Shown piece by piece: positions 1 through 10,345 of a stretch of DNA of 32,000 nt. Each line of letters starts with the position of its first letter. Position 1 is the stretch's first letter. Position numbers and translations under genes: made by a program. Below the pieces are notes generated by a model. The model worked only from the letters and a program-made list of their open reading frames with translations. It searched no databases and was not told where the DNA came from. This stretch comes from a cyanobacterium endosymbiont of Braarudosphaera bigelowii (GTDB taxonomy: Bacteria > Cyanobacteriota > Cyanobacteriia > Cyanobacteriales > Microcystaceae): contig NZ_AP024987.1 in NCBI RefSeq assembly GCF_020885515.1, positions 450,001 to 482,000 of the forward strand, given 5' to 3'.

Positions 1-1
1 G

Positions 2-706
2 GTTACGAATAAGCTTTATCATGACTCTCGTTTTTGTAATCTTTTACGAACATCAAAAAGCAAAGGCGCAATAGTAGATGAAGTTTCTCTCCAACGTTTA
101 TCCCAAATTACTGATGGTTCTAATCATCAAGGAATAGCTGCTCAAGTCTCTCCTTACTATTACTACACTTTAGATGAATTAATCACACAAGCTAAAGAAA
201 AAAGTGACCAGCCAGTTATTATCATTGCTGATGGTATTGTTGACCCTCAAAACCTAGGATCTATCATCCGTACTTCTGAGGCTATGGGTTGTCAGGGATT
301 AATTATTCCTCAGAGAAGAGCTGCTAGTATTACTTCATCTGTGGCCAAAGTTGCTGCAGGAGCTTTAGAGTCTTTTCCTGTAGCTAGAGTAATTAACTTA
401 AACCGTGCTTTAGAAACTTTAAAAACTGAAGGATTCTGGATTTATGGAACAGTAGCCGAAGGAGGAAAAAAATTACCTAATTTTAACTTTTCTGGTGCTA
501 TTGGTTTGGTTATAGGTTCAGAAGGTAATGGATTAAATTTACTTACTCAACGTTGCTGTGATGAATTACTTTCGATCCCCTTGGAGGGAAAAACTTCCAG
601 TTTGAACGCTTCTATAGCTACCTCGATTAGTATTTATGAAGTTTTTCGTTCTCGTTCTATTGCTAAAAATAACAATTTAAATAATATTTCTACTAAGGGG
701 AGGTAA
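2..706 (+). CDS. SpoU/TrmH-family RNA 2'-O-ribose methyltransferase (RlmB-like); 5' end lies outside the window
   Basis: The frame of the listed ORF 284..706 stays open back to base 2 (VTNKLYHDSRF...SNHQGIAAQV...PVIIIADGIVDPQNLGSIIRTSEAMGCQG). SpoU-type motifs NLGSIIRTSEA, GSEGNGL and SLNASIATSI are present. Confidence 0.8.
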   Translation, partial: VTNKLYHDSRFCNLLRTSKSKGAIVDEVSLQRLSQITDGSNHQGIAAQVSPYYYYTLDELITQAKEKSDQPVIIIADGIVDPQNLGSIIRTSEAMGCQGLIIPQRRAASITSSVAKVAAGALESFPVARVINLNRALETLKTEGFWIYGTVAEGGKKLPNFNFSGAIGLVIGSEGNGLNLLTQRCCDELLSIPLEGKTSSLNASIATSISIYEVFRSRSIAKNNNLNNISTKGR

Positions 707-744
707 TAAATATTGGGATTCTATTTTTAGCAATAGAACGAGAA
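649..744. repeat. Perfect 23-bp inverted repeat (649-671 / 722-744) whose 50-nt loop contains the last 11 codons and stop codon of the methyltransferase gene
   Basis: TTCTCGTTCTATTGCTAAAAATA at 649-671 is the exact reverse complement of TATTTTTAGCAATAGAACGAGAA at 722-744, checked base by base. The left arm is coding (..FRSRSIAKNN..) and the stop is at 704-706. Confidence 0.9.
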
Positions 745-905
745 TTATTACTTTGCCTTTTTATCCTGAAAACACCATTTGCCAATGGTAGGGTATTTAA
801 CCTTTATTATCTTGATAATTTTAGTTTGTATAATCAGTTAATTAAAAAATTATTATATAAGATAAAAATGCTAGGATAATAACAAAAATATATAAATATA
901 AGTTT

Positions 906-2495
906 ATGTTACAAACAGCTATATCTCCAGTAGTTCTGGTGATTTTAGATGGTTGGGGTTATAGTCTTGAAAAAAATTATAATCCAATTAAGATGGCAAA
1001 AACTCCTGTAATGGATTGTTTATGGGAAGTTTATCCAAAGACACTTATCGAAACATCAGGTAAGTATGTGGGTCTTCCTGAAGGACAAATGGGTAATTCA
1101 GAGGTGGGTCATCTTAACTTAGGTGCAGGACGTATTGTTCCTCAAGAGTTAGTAAGGATTTCTAATACTATTGATGATAAATCATTTTATAATAATGAAG
1201 TTTTAATTAGCCTTTACGAAAAAGTTAAATCTTGTCAAAAAAAATTACATTTAATCGGTCTATGCTCTGAGGGAGGAGTACATTCCCATTTGGATCATTT
1301 GTTAGAATTGTTGAATTTAGCTAAGCAAAGAGAACTAACAGATGTTTGTATTCATGCAATTACGGATGGAAGAGATACGAAAAAAAATGATGGTATTAAA
1401 TCTATTAATAAAATATATCAACATACTGAAAAAATAGGTTTAGGGCGTATTTCTACAATAAGTGGACGTTATTATGCAATGGATAGAGACCAACGTTGGG
1501 AAAGAATTAAATTAGCCTATGATACCATTACTCAAGATGTACTTAAGGACAAATGTTCTGCACTTGATGTACTGAAAAATTCTTATAAAGAAAATAAAAC
1601 TGATGAATTTATTATTCCTACTCGAGTCGATAGTGGAGCTATTGAAGATGGAGATGGAGTAATTTTTTTTAACTTTAGATCAGATCGAACTCGTCAACTA
1701 TGTTCTGCTCTAATAGACAATAATTTCAAGAACTTTAATAGAAAATTAATTACTCCTTTAGAAGTTGTTACCTTTACTAAATATGATGATCAGTTCTCTG
1801 CAAAAGTTGCTTTTAAATCTGAAAATTTGCACTCTACTTTAGGAGAAGTCATATCAAATAATGGTTTAAAGCAATTACGTATAGCAGAAACAGAAAAATA
1901 TCCTCACATAACTTACTTTTTTAATGGAGGTATTGAGCAACCCTTTAAAGGTGAAAGACGGGAATTGATACAAAGTCCCATGGTTTCAACATATGATGAA
2001 GCTCCAGAGATGTCTGCTAAAAAAGTTACTGACAGGGCTTGTTTAGAAATAGAAAAAGGTATTTATTCTTTAATAGTGATTAATTATGCTAATCCTGATA
2101 TGGTAGGGCATACTGGAAATATAGAAGCAACAGTAGAAGCTATCGAAACTGTAGATAATTGCCTAGGGGTACTATTATCGAGTATTAGTAAAGTGGGAGG
2201 TACTACCTTGATAACTGCTGATCATGGTAATGCTGAAACGATGAAAGATAATAATAATAATATTCTAACTTCTCACACCCTTAATCCCGTTCCTTTTATT
2301 CTTGTAGAAGGTGAAAAAAGGAAGATAACTGGTTATGGTGGAAATGTGATTCTTAGAGGCGATAGTAAATTGTCTGATATTGCCCCAACAATTCTTCAGA
2401 TACTTGGGATTCAGCAACCTTCAGAAATGACAGGAAAGTCATGTTTTCAGAACACTATAGAAACAGACAGAAATCTAATTAATTATCCTAGCTAA
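906..2495 (+). CDS. gpmI: 2,3-bisphosphoglycerate-independent phosphoglycerate mutase
   Basis: 529 aa. N-terminus VVLVILDGWGY, then GNSEVGHLNLGAGR, DGRDT and ADHGNAE motifs typical of iPGM. Confidence 0.93.
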   Translation: MLQTAISPVVLVILDGWGYSLEKNYNPIKMAKTPVMDCLWEVYPKTLIETSGKYVGLPEGQMGNSEVGHLNLGAGRIVPQELVRISNTIDDKSFYNNEVLISLYEKVKSCQKKLHLIGLCSEGGVHSHLDHLLELLNLAKQRELTDVCIHAITDGRDTKKNDGIKSINKIYQHTEKIGLGRISTISGRYYAMDRDQRWERIKLAYDTITQDVLKDKCSALDVLKNSYKENKTDEFIIPTRVDSGAIEDGDGVIFFNFRSDRTRQLCSALIDNNFKNFNRKLITPLEVVTFTKYDDQFSAKVAFKSENLHSTLGEVISNNGLKQLRIAETEKYPHITYFFNGGIEQPFKGERRELIQSPMVSTYDEAPEMSAKKVTDRACLEIEKGIYSLIVINYANPDMVGHTGNIEATVEAIETVDNCLGVLLSSISKVGGTTLITADHGNAETMKDNNNNILTSHTLNPVPFILVEGEKRKITGYGGNVILRGDSKLSDIAPTILQILGIQQPSEMTGKSCFQNTIETDRNLINYPS

Positions 2496-2546
2496 TAATA
2501 TTATTATTGAATATAATAGTATGTAACTACCAAACCATAATATCTT

Positions 2547-2780
2547 ATGAATTTTTCACAGCTTTTACAGATAATTTGGACTATTTCTGCTGTTTTCTTA
2601 ATTTTTCTTATCCTTTTGCATAGTCCCAAAGGAGATGGCATAGGTGGAATTGGCGGACAAGCTCAATTATTTACGTCTACTAAAAGTGCTGAAAAAACTT
2701 TAAATCAAATAACCTGGACTCTTAGTACCATATTTATAGCTATCACAATTATATTAAGTGCAGGATGGTTAAAACCTTAG
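2547..2780 (+). CDS. secG: preprotein translocase subunit SecG
   Basis: 77 aa with two hydrophobic helices flanking a glycine-rich segment (LLHSPKGDGIGGIGG), as in SecG. Confidence 0.8.
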   Translation: MNFSQLLQIIWTISAVFLIFLILLHSPKGDGIGGIGGQAQLFTSTKSAEKTLNQITWTLSTIFIAITIILSAGWLKP

Positions 2781-2845
2781 ATGTAATTAAACTAATTATG
2801 ATTTTTTAAAAGGAAAGTAATAATCAATACAGATTTTGTAGATAT

Positions 2846-3319
2846 TCAATTAGCTATACTTTCGAAAACTTTGTCTATAAATAATTCCATTTTTTTAGAG
2901 GCAAGAACAGCTAATTGATCGCAACGTTCGTTTTCAGGATGTCCAGCATGTCCTTTAACCCATATAAATTGGACATTATGCTTAGTGCATAAATCTAATA
3001 ATCTTTTCCATAGATCAGAATTTTTAGCTATTTCTTGTTTGTTACGTTTCCAGTCGTTAGACTGCCACTTACTTGCCCATCCTCTATTCATACTATCTAC
3101 TACATACCGAGAATCAGAATAAATACTTACATTGCAAGATTCTATTAAAGATTCTAAGCCAATGATAATAGATATGATCTCCATACGATTATTAGTTGTT
3201 AGTCTATAACCTCCTGACAATTCTTTCCGATACTTATTAAAAACTAATATTGTTCCATAACCCCCTTTGCCAGGGTTACCAGAACAGGCACCATCAGTGT
3301 AAATTTTTAATTTTTTCAA
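2846..3319 (-). CDS. rnhA: ribonuclease HI
   Basis: 157 aa. IYTDGACSGNPGKGGYG, TNNRMEI, SDSRYV and VKGHAGHPENERCDQLA match the RNase H catalytic DEDD layout. Confidence 0.9.
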   Translation of the reverse strand: MKKLKIYTDGACSGNPGKGGYGTILVFNKYRKELSGGYRLTTNNRMEIISIIIGLESLIESCNVSIYSDSRYVVDSMNRGWASKWQSNDWKRNKQEIAKNSDLWKRLLDLCTKHNVQFIWVKGHAGHPENERCDQLAVLASKKMELFIDKVFESIAN

Positions 3320-3435
3320 GATTATATACCTTTCTTTTAACCAATATTAATTACTATCTATCTAACATTTTTTGAAAATTAATTTAAATTGTATTAAATA
3401 TTCACTTAATCTATATAGCTTAATTTGTTTAACCT

Positions 3436-3491
3436 AATTTTTTAATGATGAAGAAGCATAAGATAGAATATCTCTTCATCATTAAAAAATT
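3436..3491. terminator. Perfect 19-bp inverted repeat (3436-3454 / 3473-3491, 18-nt loop) abutting the hpnH stop codon; putative terminator
   Basis: AATTTTTTAATGATGAAGA and TCTTCATCATTAAAAAATT are exact reverse complements. The right arm overlaps the hpnH stop (3491-3493, minus strand) by 1 nt. Confidence 0.6.
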
Positions 3492-4507
3492 TAAATATTA
3501 ATAATACTACTTAAGGCTCTTTTCATGTTAACGAAATTCATAGCATCGGCAGCAGCTGTCGGTTCATAGCCACAATGTACCATACAATCTTTACATTGTG
3601 GATTATTACTTTTATGGCCATAATCTTCCCATTGAGTATTTTCAATTAATTCTTTAAAAGTTTCATAATGTCCTTCATTAAGTAAGTAACAAGGCTTTTG
3701 CCATCCTAAGACACTATAGCTTGGACTTCCCCAAGGAGTACATTCATAATCTTTCTCTCCCATTAAAAAGTCTAAAAATAAAGGATTGTGATTGAAGTTC
3801 CAATTTTTTTGACCTAGTTTCCACGGCATTAGTATTTCTTGAAATAAAGCTTTTGTTTGTTCCCGCTTTAAAAAGTGCTGTTGGTCTGGAGCCCATTCAT
3901 AACTATATCCCGGAGAAATCATAGTACCATCAGTGTTCAGTGTGTCTAGAAAATCAAGAAATTTTTGTACTTCGTGAGGGTCTGCACCTTCGAAAATAGT
4001 AGTATTCGTAGTTACTCGAAATCCTTTAGCTTTAGCTTTTTTAATAGCACTAACTGCTTTCTGGAAAACACCTTTCCGATCTACACATTTATCATGATGT
4101 TCCTCTAGTCCATCAAGATGTACACTAAAAGCAAAATATGGAGAAGGCTTGAATTTATCTAAACTTTTTTCTAAAAGAAGTGCATTAGTACATAAATATA
4201 CAAATTTTTTTCGTTTGATTAGGCCTTCAACAATTTTGTCAATTTGAGGATGAAGTAATGGCTCTCCTCCTGGAATCGAAACAACTGGGGCTCCACATTC
4301 CTCAACTGCTGCAAAACATTCTGAAGGAGTAAGATTACGAGATAAGACTTCGGGAGAATGCTGAATTTTTCCGCATCCAGAACAGGCCAAATTACAACGA
4401 AATAGAGGTTCTAGCATCAATACAATAGGAAAATATTGGCGACCTTGTAAACGTTGTTTGATAATATAAGCACCAACTTTAAGTGCTTGTTTTAGTTGAA
4501 CAGCCAT
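3491..4507 (-). CDS. hpnH: radical-SAM adenosyl-hopene transferase (hopanoid side-chain extension) HpnH
   Basis: 338 aa. [19 protein letters not shown] (CxxxCxxC radical-SAM cluster), [31 protein letters not shown] and C-terminal CMVHCGYE closely follow HpnH sequences as I recall them. Confidence 0.85.
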   Translation of the reverse strand: MAVQLKQALKVGAYIIKQRLQGRQYFPIVLMLEPLFRCNLACSGCGKIQHSPEVLSRNLTPSECFAAVEECGAPVVSIPGGEPLLHPQIDKIVEGLIKRKKFVYLCTNALLLEKSLDKFKPSPYFAFSVHLDGLEEHHDKCVDRKGVFQKAVSAIKKAKAKGFRVTTNTTIFEGADPHEVQKFLDFLDTLNTDGTMISPGYSYEWAPDQQHFLKREQTKALFQEILMPWKLGQKNWNFNHNPLFLDFLMGEKDYECTPWGSPSYSVLGWQKPCYLLNEGHYETFKELIENTQWEDYGHKSNNPQCKDCMVHCGYEPTAAADAMNFVNMKRALSSIINI

Positions 4508-4735
4508 AAATTTATCTCACACCTTTCATTTTTCCAATATTATAGACTTTCTTAGATATTATTTATAATATGTAGGAAAAATATTTAAGCTATACAAAAT
4601 ATTAAGATAAATTGTAAATGATTAATAATTGTTAAGACACTTTGATAAGTGACTGTAAAATATTTTCAAGAAGAATATGTCAAAATAAAAATATAGAAAG
4701 TCAACTTTTATAAATTCATCTTACTCACAAATTTT

Positions 4736-6547
4736 ATGACCAATGTTCCTGTTTCACAAATTCGAAATTTTTCTATTATTGCTCACATTGATCATGGTAA
4801 GTCAACATTAGCAGATAGAATGTTACAAGTAACGAAGACAGTTGCACAACGAGAAATGAAAGAACAATTTCTCGATAATATGGATCTTGAAAGAGAAAGA
4901 GGAATTACGATAAAACTCCAAGCAGCAAGAATGGAATACAAATCAAAAGATGGTAAAGAATATATAATTAATCTTATTGATACTCCTGGTCATGTTGATT
5001 TTACTTATGAAGTATCTCGTTCCCTAGCTGCTTGTGAAGGAGCTTTGTTAGTAGTAGATTCTTCACAAGGTGTGGAAGCACAGACATTAGCAAATGTTTA
5101 TCTTGCACTAGAAAATAATTTAGAGATTATTCCAGTTTTAAATAAAATAGATCTACCAGGTTCAGAACCAGAAAGAGTATCTAGTGAGATAGAAGAAGTT
5201 ATTGGATTAGATTGTACTAATATTATCAAAGCTTCAGCTAAAGCAAATATTGGGATTGATGAAATTTTAGAGTCTATCGTAAAATTGGTCCCTCCACCTC
5301 AAGACACAACTAATAAACCTCTACGAGCATTGATTTTTGATAGTTATTATGATGCTTATCGTGGAGTAATAGTTTACTTTCGTATCATGGATGGAGTAAT
5401 GAAAAAGGGGGATCTTATTTATTTAATGGCTTCCCAAAAGGAATATGAAATTGATGAACTAGGAGTTCTTTCTCCTAACCAAGTACCTGTAGATTCACTT
5501 CATGCAGGTGAAGTAGGATATTTCTCTGCGGCAATCAAAACAGTTAAGGATGCGCGTGTAGGAGACACTATAACTAGTTTTGCAGAGCCAGCTAAAGATC
5601 CTCTACATGGTTACACGGAAGCAAAACCAATGGTATTTTGTGGTTTATTTCCTATTGATTCAGATCAATATGAAGATTTGCGTGAAGCCTTGAACAAATT
5701 AAAACTTAATGATGCAGCCCTTGTATTCGAACCAGAAACTTCTAGTGCGATGGGCTTTGGATTTCGTTGTGGTTTTCTAGGTTTACTTCATATGGAAGTC
5801 GTCCAAGAACGTTTAGAAAGAGAATACAATCTAGAATTAATAACTACAGCACCTTCGGTAATCTATCGTGTCACTACCATAGATGGGAAAGTGATAAAAA
5901 TAGATAATCCTAGCTTACTACCTGTACCTCAACAACAAGAAAAAGTTGAAGAGCCATATATTAAAGTAGAAATGATTACCCCTGAAATCTATATTGGAAC
6001 CCTAATGGAACTATGTCAAAGTCGTAGGGGTGTATTTAAAGAAATTCGTTACTTTACTTTGTCTAGAACTGCCCTAATATACGAACTACCTCTAGCAGAA
6101 GTAGTTACAGATTTTTTTGATCAGCTTAAATCTAGATCAAAAGGATATGCCAGTATGGAATATGAACTAATAGGCTATAGAGTCAATTCTCTTGTAAAAC
6201 TAGACATTTTAGTTAATGGAGATAGTGTAGATGCTTTAGCTATGATTGTTCATCGTGACAAAGCATATTATGTAGGTCGTGCTTTAACTGAAAAATTAAA
6301 AGAATTAATCCCCCGTCATCAATTTAAGGTTCCAATACAAGCAGCTATCGGTGCAAAGGTTATTGCTAGCGAACATATTCCTGCACTACGAAAAGATGTA
6401 TTAGCTAAATGCTACGGGGGAGATATATCACGTAAGAAAAAACTATTGCAAAAGCAAGCAAAAGGGAAAAAGAGAATGAAATCAGTTGGAACAGTTGATG
6501 TTCCACAAGAGGCATTTATGGCAGTCTTAAAACTTGATCCACAGTAA
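4736..6547 (+). CDS. lepA: translation elongation factor 4 (LepA)
   Basis: 603 aa. [21 protein letters not shown]1 motif, [13 protein letters not shown] and the characteristic LepA C-terminal domain (..[23 protein letters not shown]). Confidence 0.95.
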   Translation: MTNVPVSQIRNFSIIAHIDHGKSTLADRMLQVTKTVAQREMKEQFLDNMDLERERGITIKLQAARMEYKSKDGKEYIINLIDTPGHVDFTYEVSRSLAACEGALLVVDSSQGVEAQTLANVYLALENNLEIIPVLNKIDLPGSEPERVSSEIEEVIGLDCTNIIKASAKANIGIDEILESIVKLVPPPQDTTNKPLRALIFDSYYDAYRGVIVYFRIMDGVMKKGDLIYLMASQKEYEIDELGVLSPNQVPVDSLHAGEVGYFSAAIKTVKDARVGDTITSFAEPAKDPLHGYTEAKPMVFCGLFPIDSDQYEDLREALNKLKLNDAALVFEPETSSAMGFGFRCGFLGLLHMEVVQERLEREYNLELITTAPSVIYRVTTIDGKVIKIDNPSLLPVPQQQEKVEEPYIKVEMITPEIYIGTLMELCQSRRGVFKEIRYFTLSRTALIYELPLAEVVTDFFDQLKSRSKGYASMEYELIGYRVNSLVKLDILVNGDSVDALAMIVHRDKAYYVGRALTEKLKELIPRHQFKVPIQAAIGAKVIASEHIPALRKDVLAKCYGGDISRKKKLLQKQAKGKKRMKSVGTVDVPQEAFMAVLKLDPQ

Positions 6548-6761
6548 GTACACGGAAACAAAAAGTTTCATAGACTAAGTTATTTTTTGGCACTATACGA
6601 GAACTTATTTTATATACTATATAAAGCTGATCAGTACTATCCCTTTATATAGGAATAAACATAAATCACTTTGACTCTGATTTTACAGCATGATTTTATT
6701 TTAATAATCTAATTGGATAATATTGAACTGTTTTAATATTTTTAAAACCTAAAATAATAGT

Positions 6762-7556
6762 TTAAATTAAGTTTTTCTGATTATTTATACCTATAAACCC
6801 ATAATTTTGAAAAATATTTTGAGTTTTTTCTACCAAGAGAAAGTTTATAAATTTTCTGGCTTCATCAATGTTTTGACTACTTTTAACTATAGCAATTTGA
6901 TATGTTATTGGTGAATGAAGATTGTAAGGTATATTTGTTAATCTAACATCATTCGCATTTTTTAAATCAGTAATATAAACAATTCCAAGGTCCGCATTTC
7001 CACTTTCTACATAGAAAAGAACTTGGCGTACATTTTTTCCAAAAATAAATTTTGGCTCTAGTTTCTCATAAACTTTTAACGATATCAAAGCTTCTTTGGC
7101 ATATTGTCCAGCAGGCACACTCCTTAATTCTCCTAGTGCAAGTTTTTTAAAATCACCATTTATTAAAGTATTAAGATTAATTTTTTCTATCGATTTACTT
7201 GATGCGACTAAAACCATTGTATTTTTTAAAAATATCTTACTACTTTCTTTGATTAATAAATCCTTTTTCAATAAAAAATCTATTTGTTTTGAAGAAGCAG
7301 AAATAAAAACATCTACTGGTGCTCCTCGTTCGATTTGTTGTTGTAAAGCTCCAGAAGAACCGCTATTATATAAGATCTCAATATCAGAGTTTTTGTTTTG
7401 ATAAATATCCTTCACCAGTTTCATAGCACTATACATACTAGATGGAACTGATATAAATAATTTATTATTATAATTTATTTTTTTATCAGAATTAGGTACT
7501 GTACAAGCAGCCATAGAAGTCAAGAGACTGAGTGCAACAAATTTTTTTCTATTCAT
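6762..7556 (-). CDS. modA: molybdate ABC transporter periplasmic substrate-binding protein
   Basis: 264 aa with an N-terminal signal/lipobox-like segment (LLTSMAAC). SGSSGALQQQIERGAPVDVFISAS, VPAGQYAKEAL and LGIVY parallel the E. coli ModA motifs. Confidence 0.82.
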   Translation of the reverse strand: MNRKKFVALSLLTSMAACTVPNSDKKINYNNKLFISVPSSMYSAMKLVKDIYQNKNSDIEILYNSGSSGALQQQIERGAPVDVFISASSKQIDFLLKKDLLIKESSKIFLKNTMVLVASSKSIEKINLNTLINGDFKKLALGELRSVPAGQYAKEALISLKVYEKLEPKFIFGKNVRQVLFYVESGNADLGIVYITDLKNANDVRLTNIPYNLHSPITYQIAIVKSSQNIDEARKFINFLLVEKTQNIFQNYGFIGINNQKNLI

Positions 7557-7917
7557 AATTAAGTTCTATTACTTTATTCAAAAATTATTTCTACAAAAAC
7601 TAAAATTGAGCAAAGGTAATTATTAATATTACAATATTTCACTATCATATTTTTATTTACTCAAAACTATTGAAATTAATAACAAAAGTTAAGAATATTA
7701 ATCAATTAATATTACTAAAAAATTATTATTCACTAACAATTTATATGTACTTGATGTTGTAGAAAAAGTTATTTGTTTTAATGTAAATCAAGTAATTTTT
7801 GTTTTTACCTCATAATTAATTACATATATATTTTAATTTTATATATATTACAAATAGATTAAAATATACATAAATAATACATTATCTAAAATACAAAAAA
7901 TTATCATTCTTTATTAA

Positions 7918-9564
<1,647 letters not shown>

Positions 9565-9573
9565 GTAAATGTT

Positions 9574-9592
9574 GTAAAAAAAGATTTTTTAC
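9574..9592 (+). terminator. Small A/T hairpin (8-bp stem, 3-nt loop) 10 nt after the pgm stop; weak terminator candidate
   Basis: GTAAAAAA-AGA-TTTTTTAC. Only one G-C pair and no clear downstream T-tract. Confidence 0.3.
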
Positions 9593-9702
9593 GATCTAAT
9601 AATTTATGCTAAATTACTATTATCGATTTTTAAAAAAAGAAATAAAAAAAACTTTTTTCTTATACTTTATCTAAAAGTCGCTATCATAAACGAAGCTGAT
9701 AT

Positions 9703-9732
9703 TTGTCAAATATTAACTATTTTTTGTATATT
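9703..9732 (+). promoter_or_regulatory. Candidate sigma-70-type promoter TTGTCA-N18-TATATT upstream of the 91-aa ORF
   Basis: TTGTCA at 9703-9708 and TATATT at 9727-9732. The same architecture recurs at four other intergenic sites in this window. Confidence 0.4.
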
Positions 9733-9774
9733 TTATCCTAGACGACCACTTAGCAATTTTATATAGATAACATC

Positions 9775-10050
9775 ATGATTGACGCAACTGTCAATACAAT
9801 TGAAGAATTTGATCTTTCTCGTGAAGAGAGGGTCATTGAAATTCAAAACCTCATTGAAACCTTGCGTATTGCTGATGAAATAGCTGAGAAAGGCTATCTA
9901 ATTACCAGTTCTGAATTAGCTGATTTAATGGATATTAATGCCAGTGCTGTTACAAGTCGTGGCGATCACTGGTCATGGCGAAACTGGGTAGTTTCTAGAG
10001 TTCGTAGAGAAGGAAACCAAATTCTCTGGCAACTAGAAAAGATTGATTAA
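9775..10050 (+). CDS. small hypothetical protein, possible helix-turn-helix
   Basis: 91-aa ORF with its own promoter-like element and a downstream 8-bp hairpin (10058-10065 / 10079-10086). The segment ITSSELADLMDINASAVTSRG resembles an HTH. No family recognised. Confidence 0.5.
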   Translation: MIDATVNTIEEFDLSREERVIEIQNLIETLRIADEIAEKGYLITSSELADLMDINASAVTSRGDHWSWRNWVVSRVRREGNQILWQLEKID

Positions 10051-10170
10051 AAATTAGAGACTTTTGGTACTATGAAATAAAAGTCTAGATATAAGCTAAT
10101 TTAATCTTTGAATACTTACTGTAAATTACTCTTAATAATTGAATTACACTTAAGGACTAAAAAGTTATGC

Positions 10171-10200
10171 TTGTCAAAATACTAGGCTTTCTAATATAGT
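10171..10200 (+). promoter_or_regulatory. Candidate promoter TTGTCA-N18-TATAGT
   Basis: TTGTCA at 10171-10176 and TATAGT at 10195-10200, in an intergenic region on the same strand as the downstream TonB-like gene. Confidence 0.35.
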
Positions 10201-10214
10201 TCAGATTACTTACC

Positions 10215-10266
10215 GAGAATATGATAAAAATATTACACTAGTCATATTCTCTCTTTTTCGTTTTTT
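10215..10266 (+). terminator. Intrinsic-terminator-like hairpin plus T-tract about 80 nt upstream of the TonB-like gene
   Basis: GAGAATATGA (10215-10224) pairs perfectly with TCATATTCTC (10242-10251), with a 17-nt loop. It is followed directly by TCTTTTTCGTTTTTTC. Confidence 0.5.
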
Positions 10267-10345
10267 CATTAAGTTTTTGATACATAGATACATTTTGATG
10301 AAGTTTAATGCCCCAATATAAATTTATGCTGAGGATTTAAGGATA

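Noticed and set aside
2493-2506. 14-nt perfect A/T palindrome TAATAATATTATTA overlapping the gpmI stop; a similar TAATATCGATATTA lies at 31280-31293
   Set aside because: Short A/T palindromes are expected frequently at this composition, and neither has supporting context. The 31280 site is about 300 nt upstream of pds.
7096-7401. 101-aa ORF on the plus strand
   Set aside because: It lies entirely antisense within the well-supported modA gene, its sequence is low-complexity, and I recognise no motif. It is a typical shadow ORF in AT-rich DNA.
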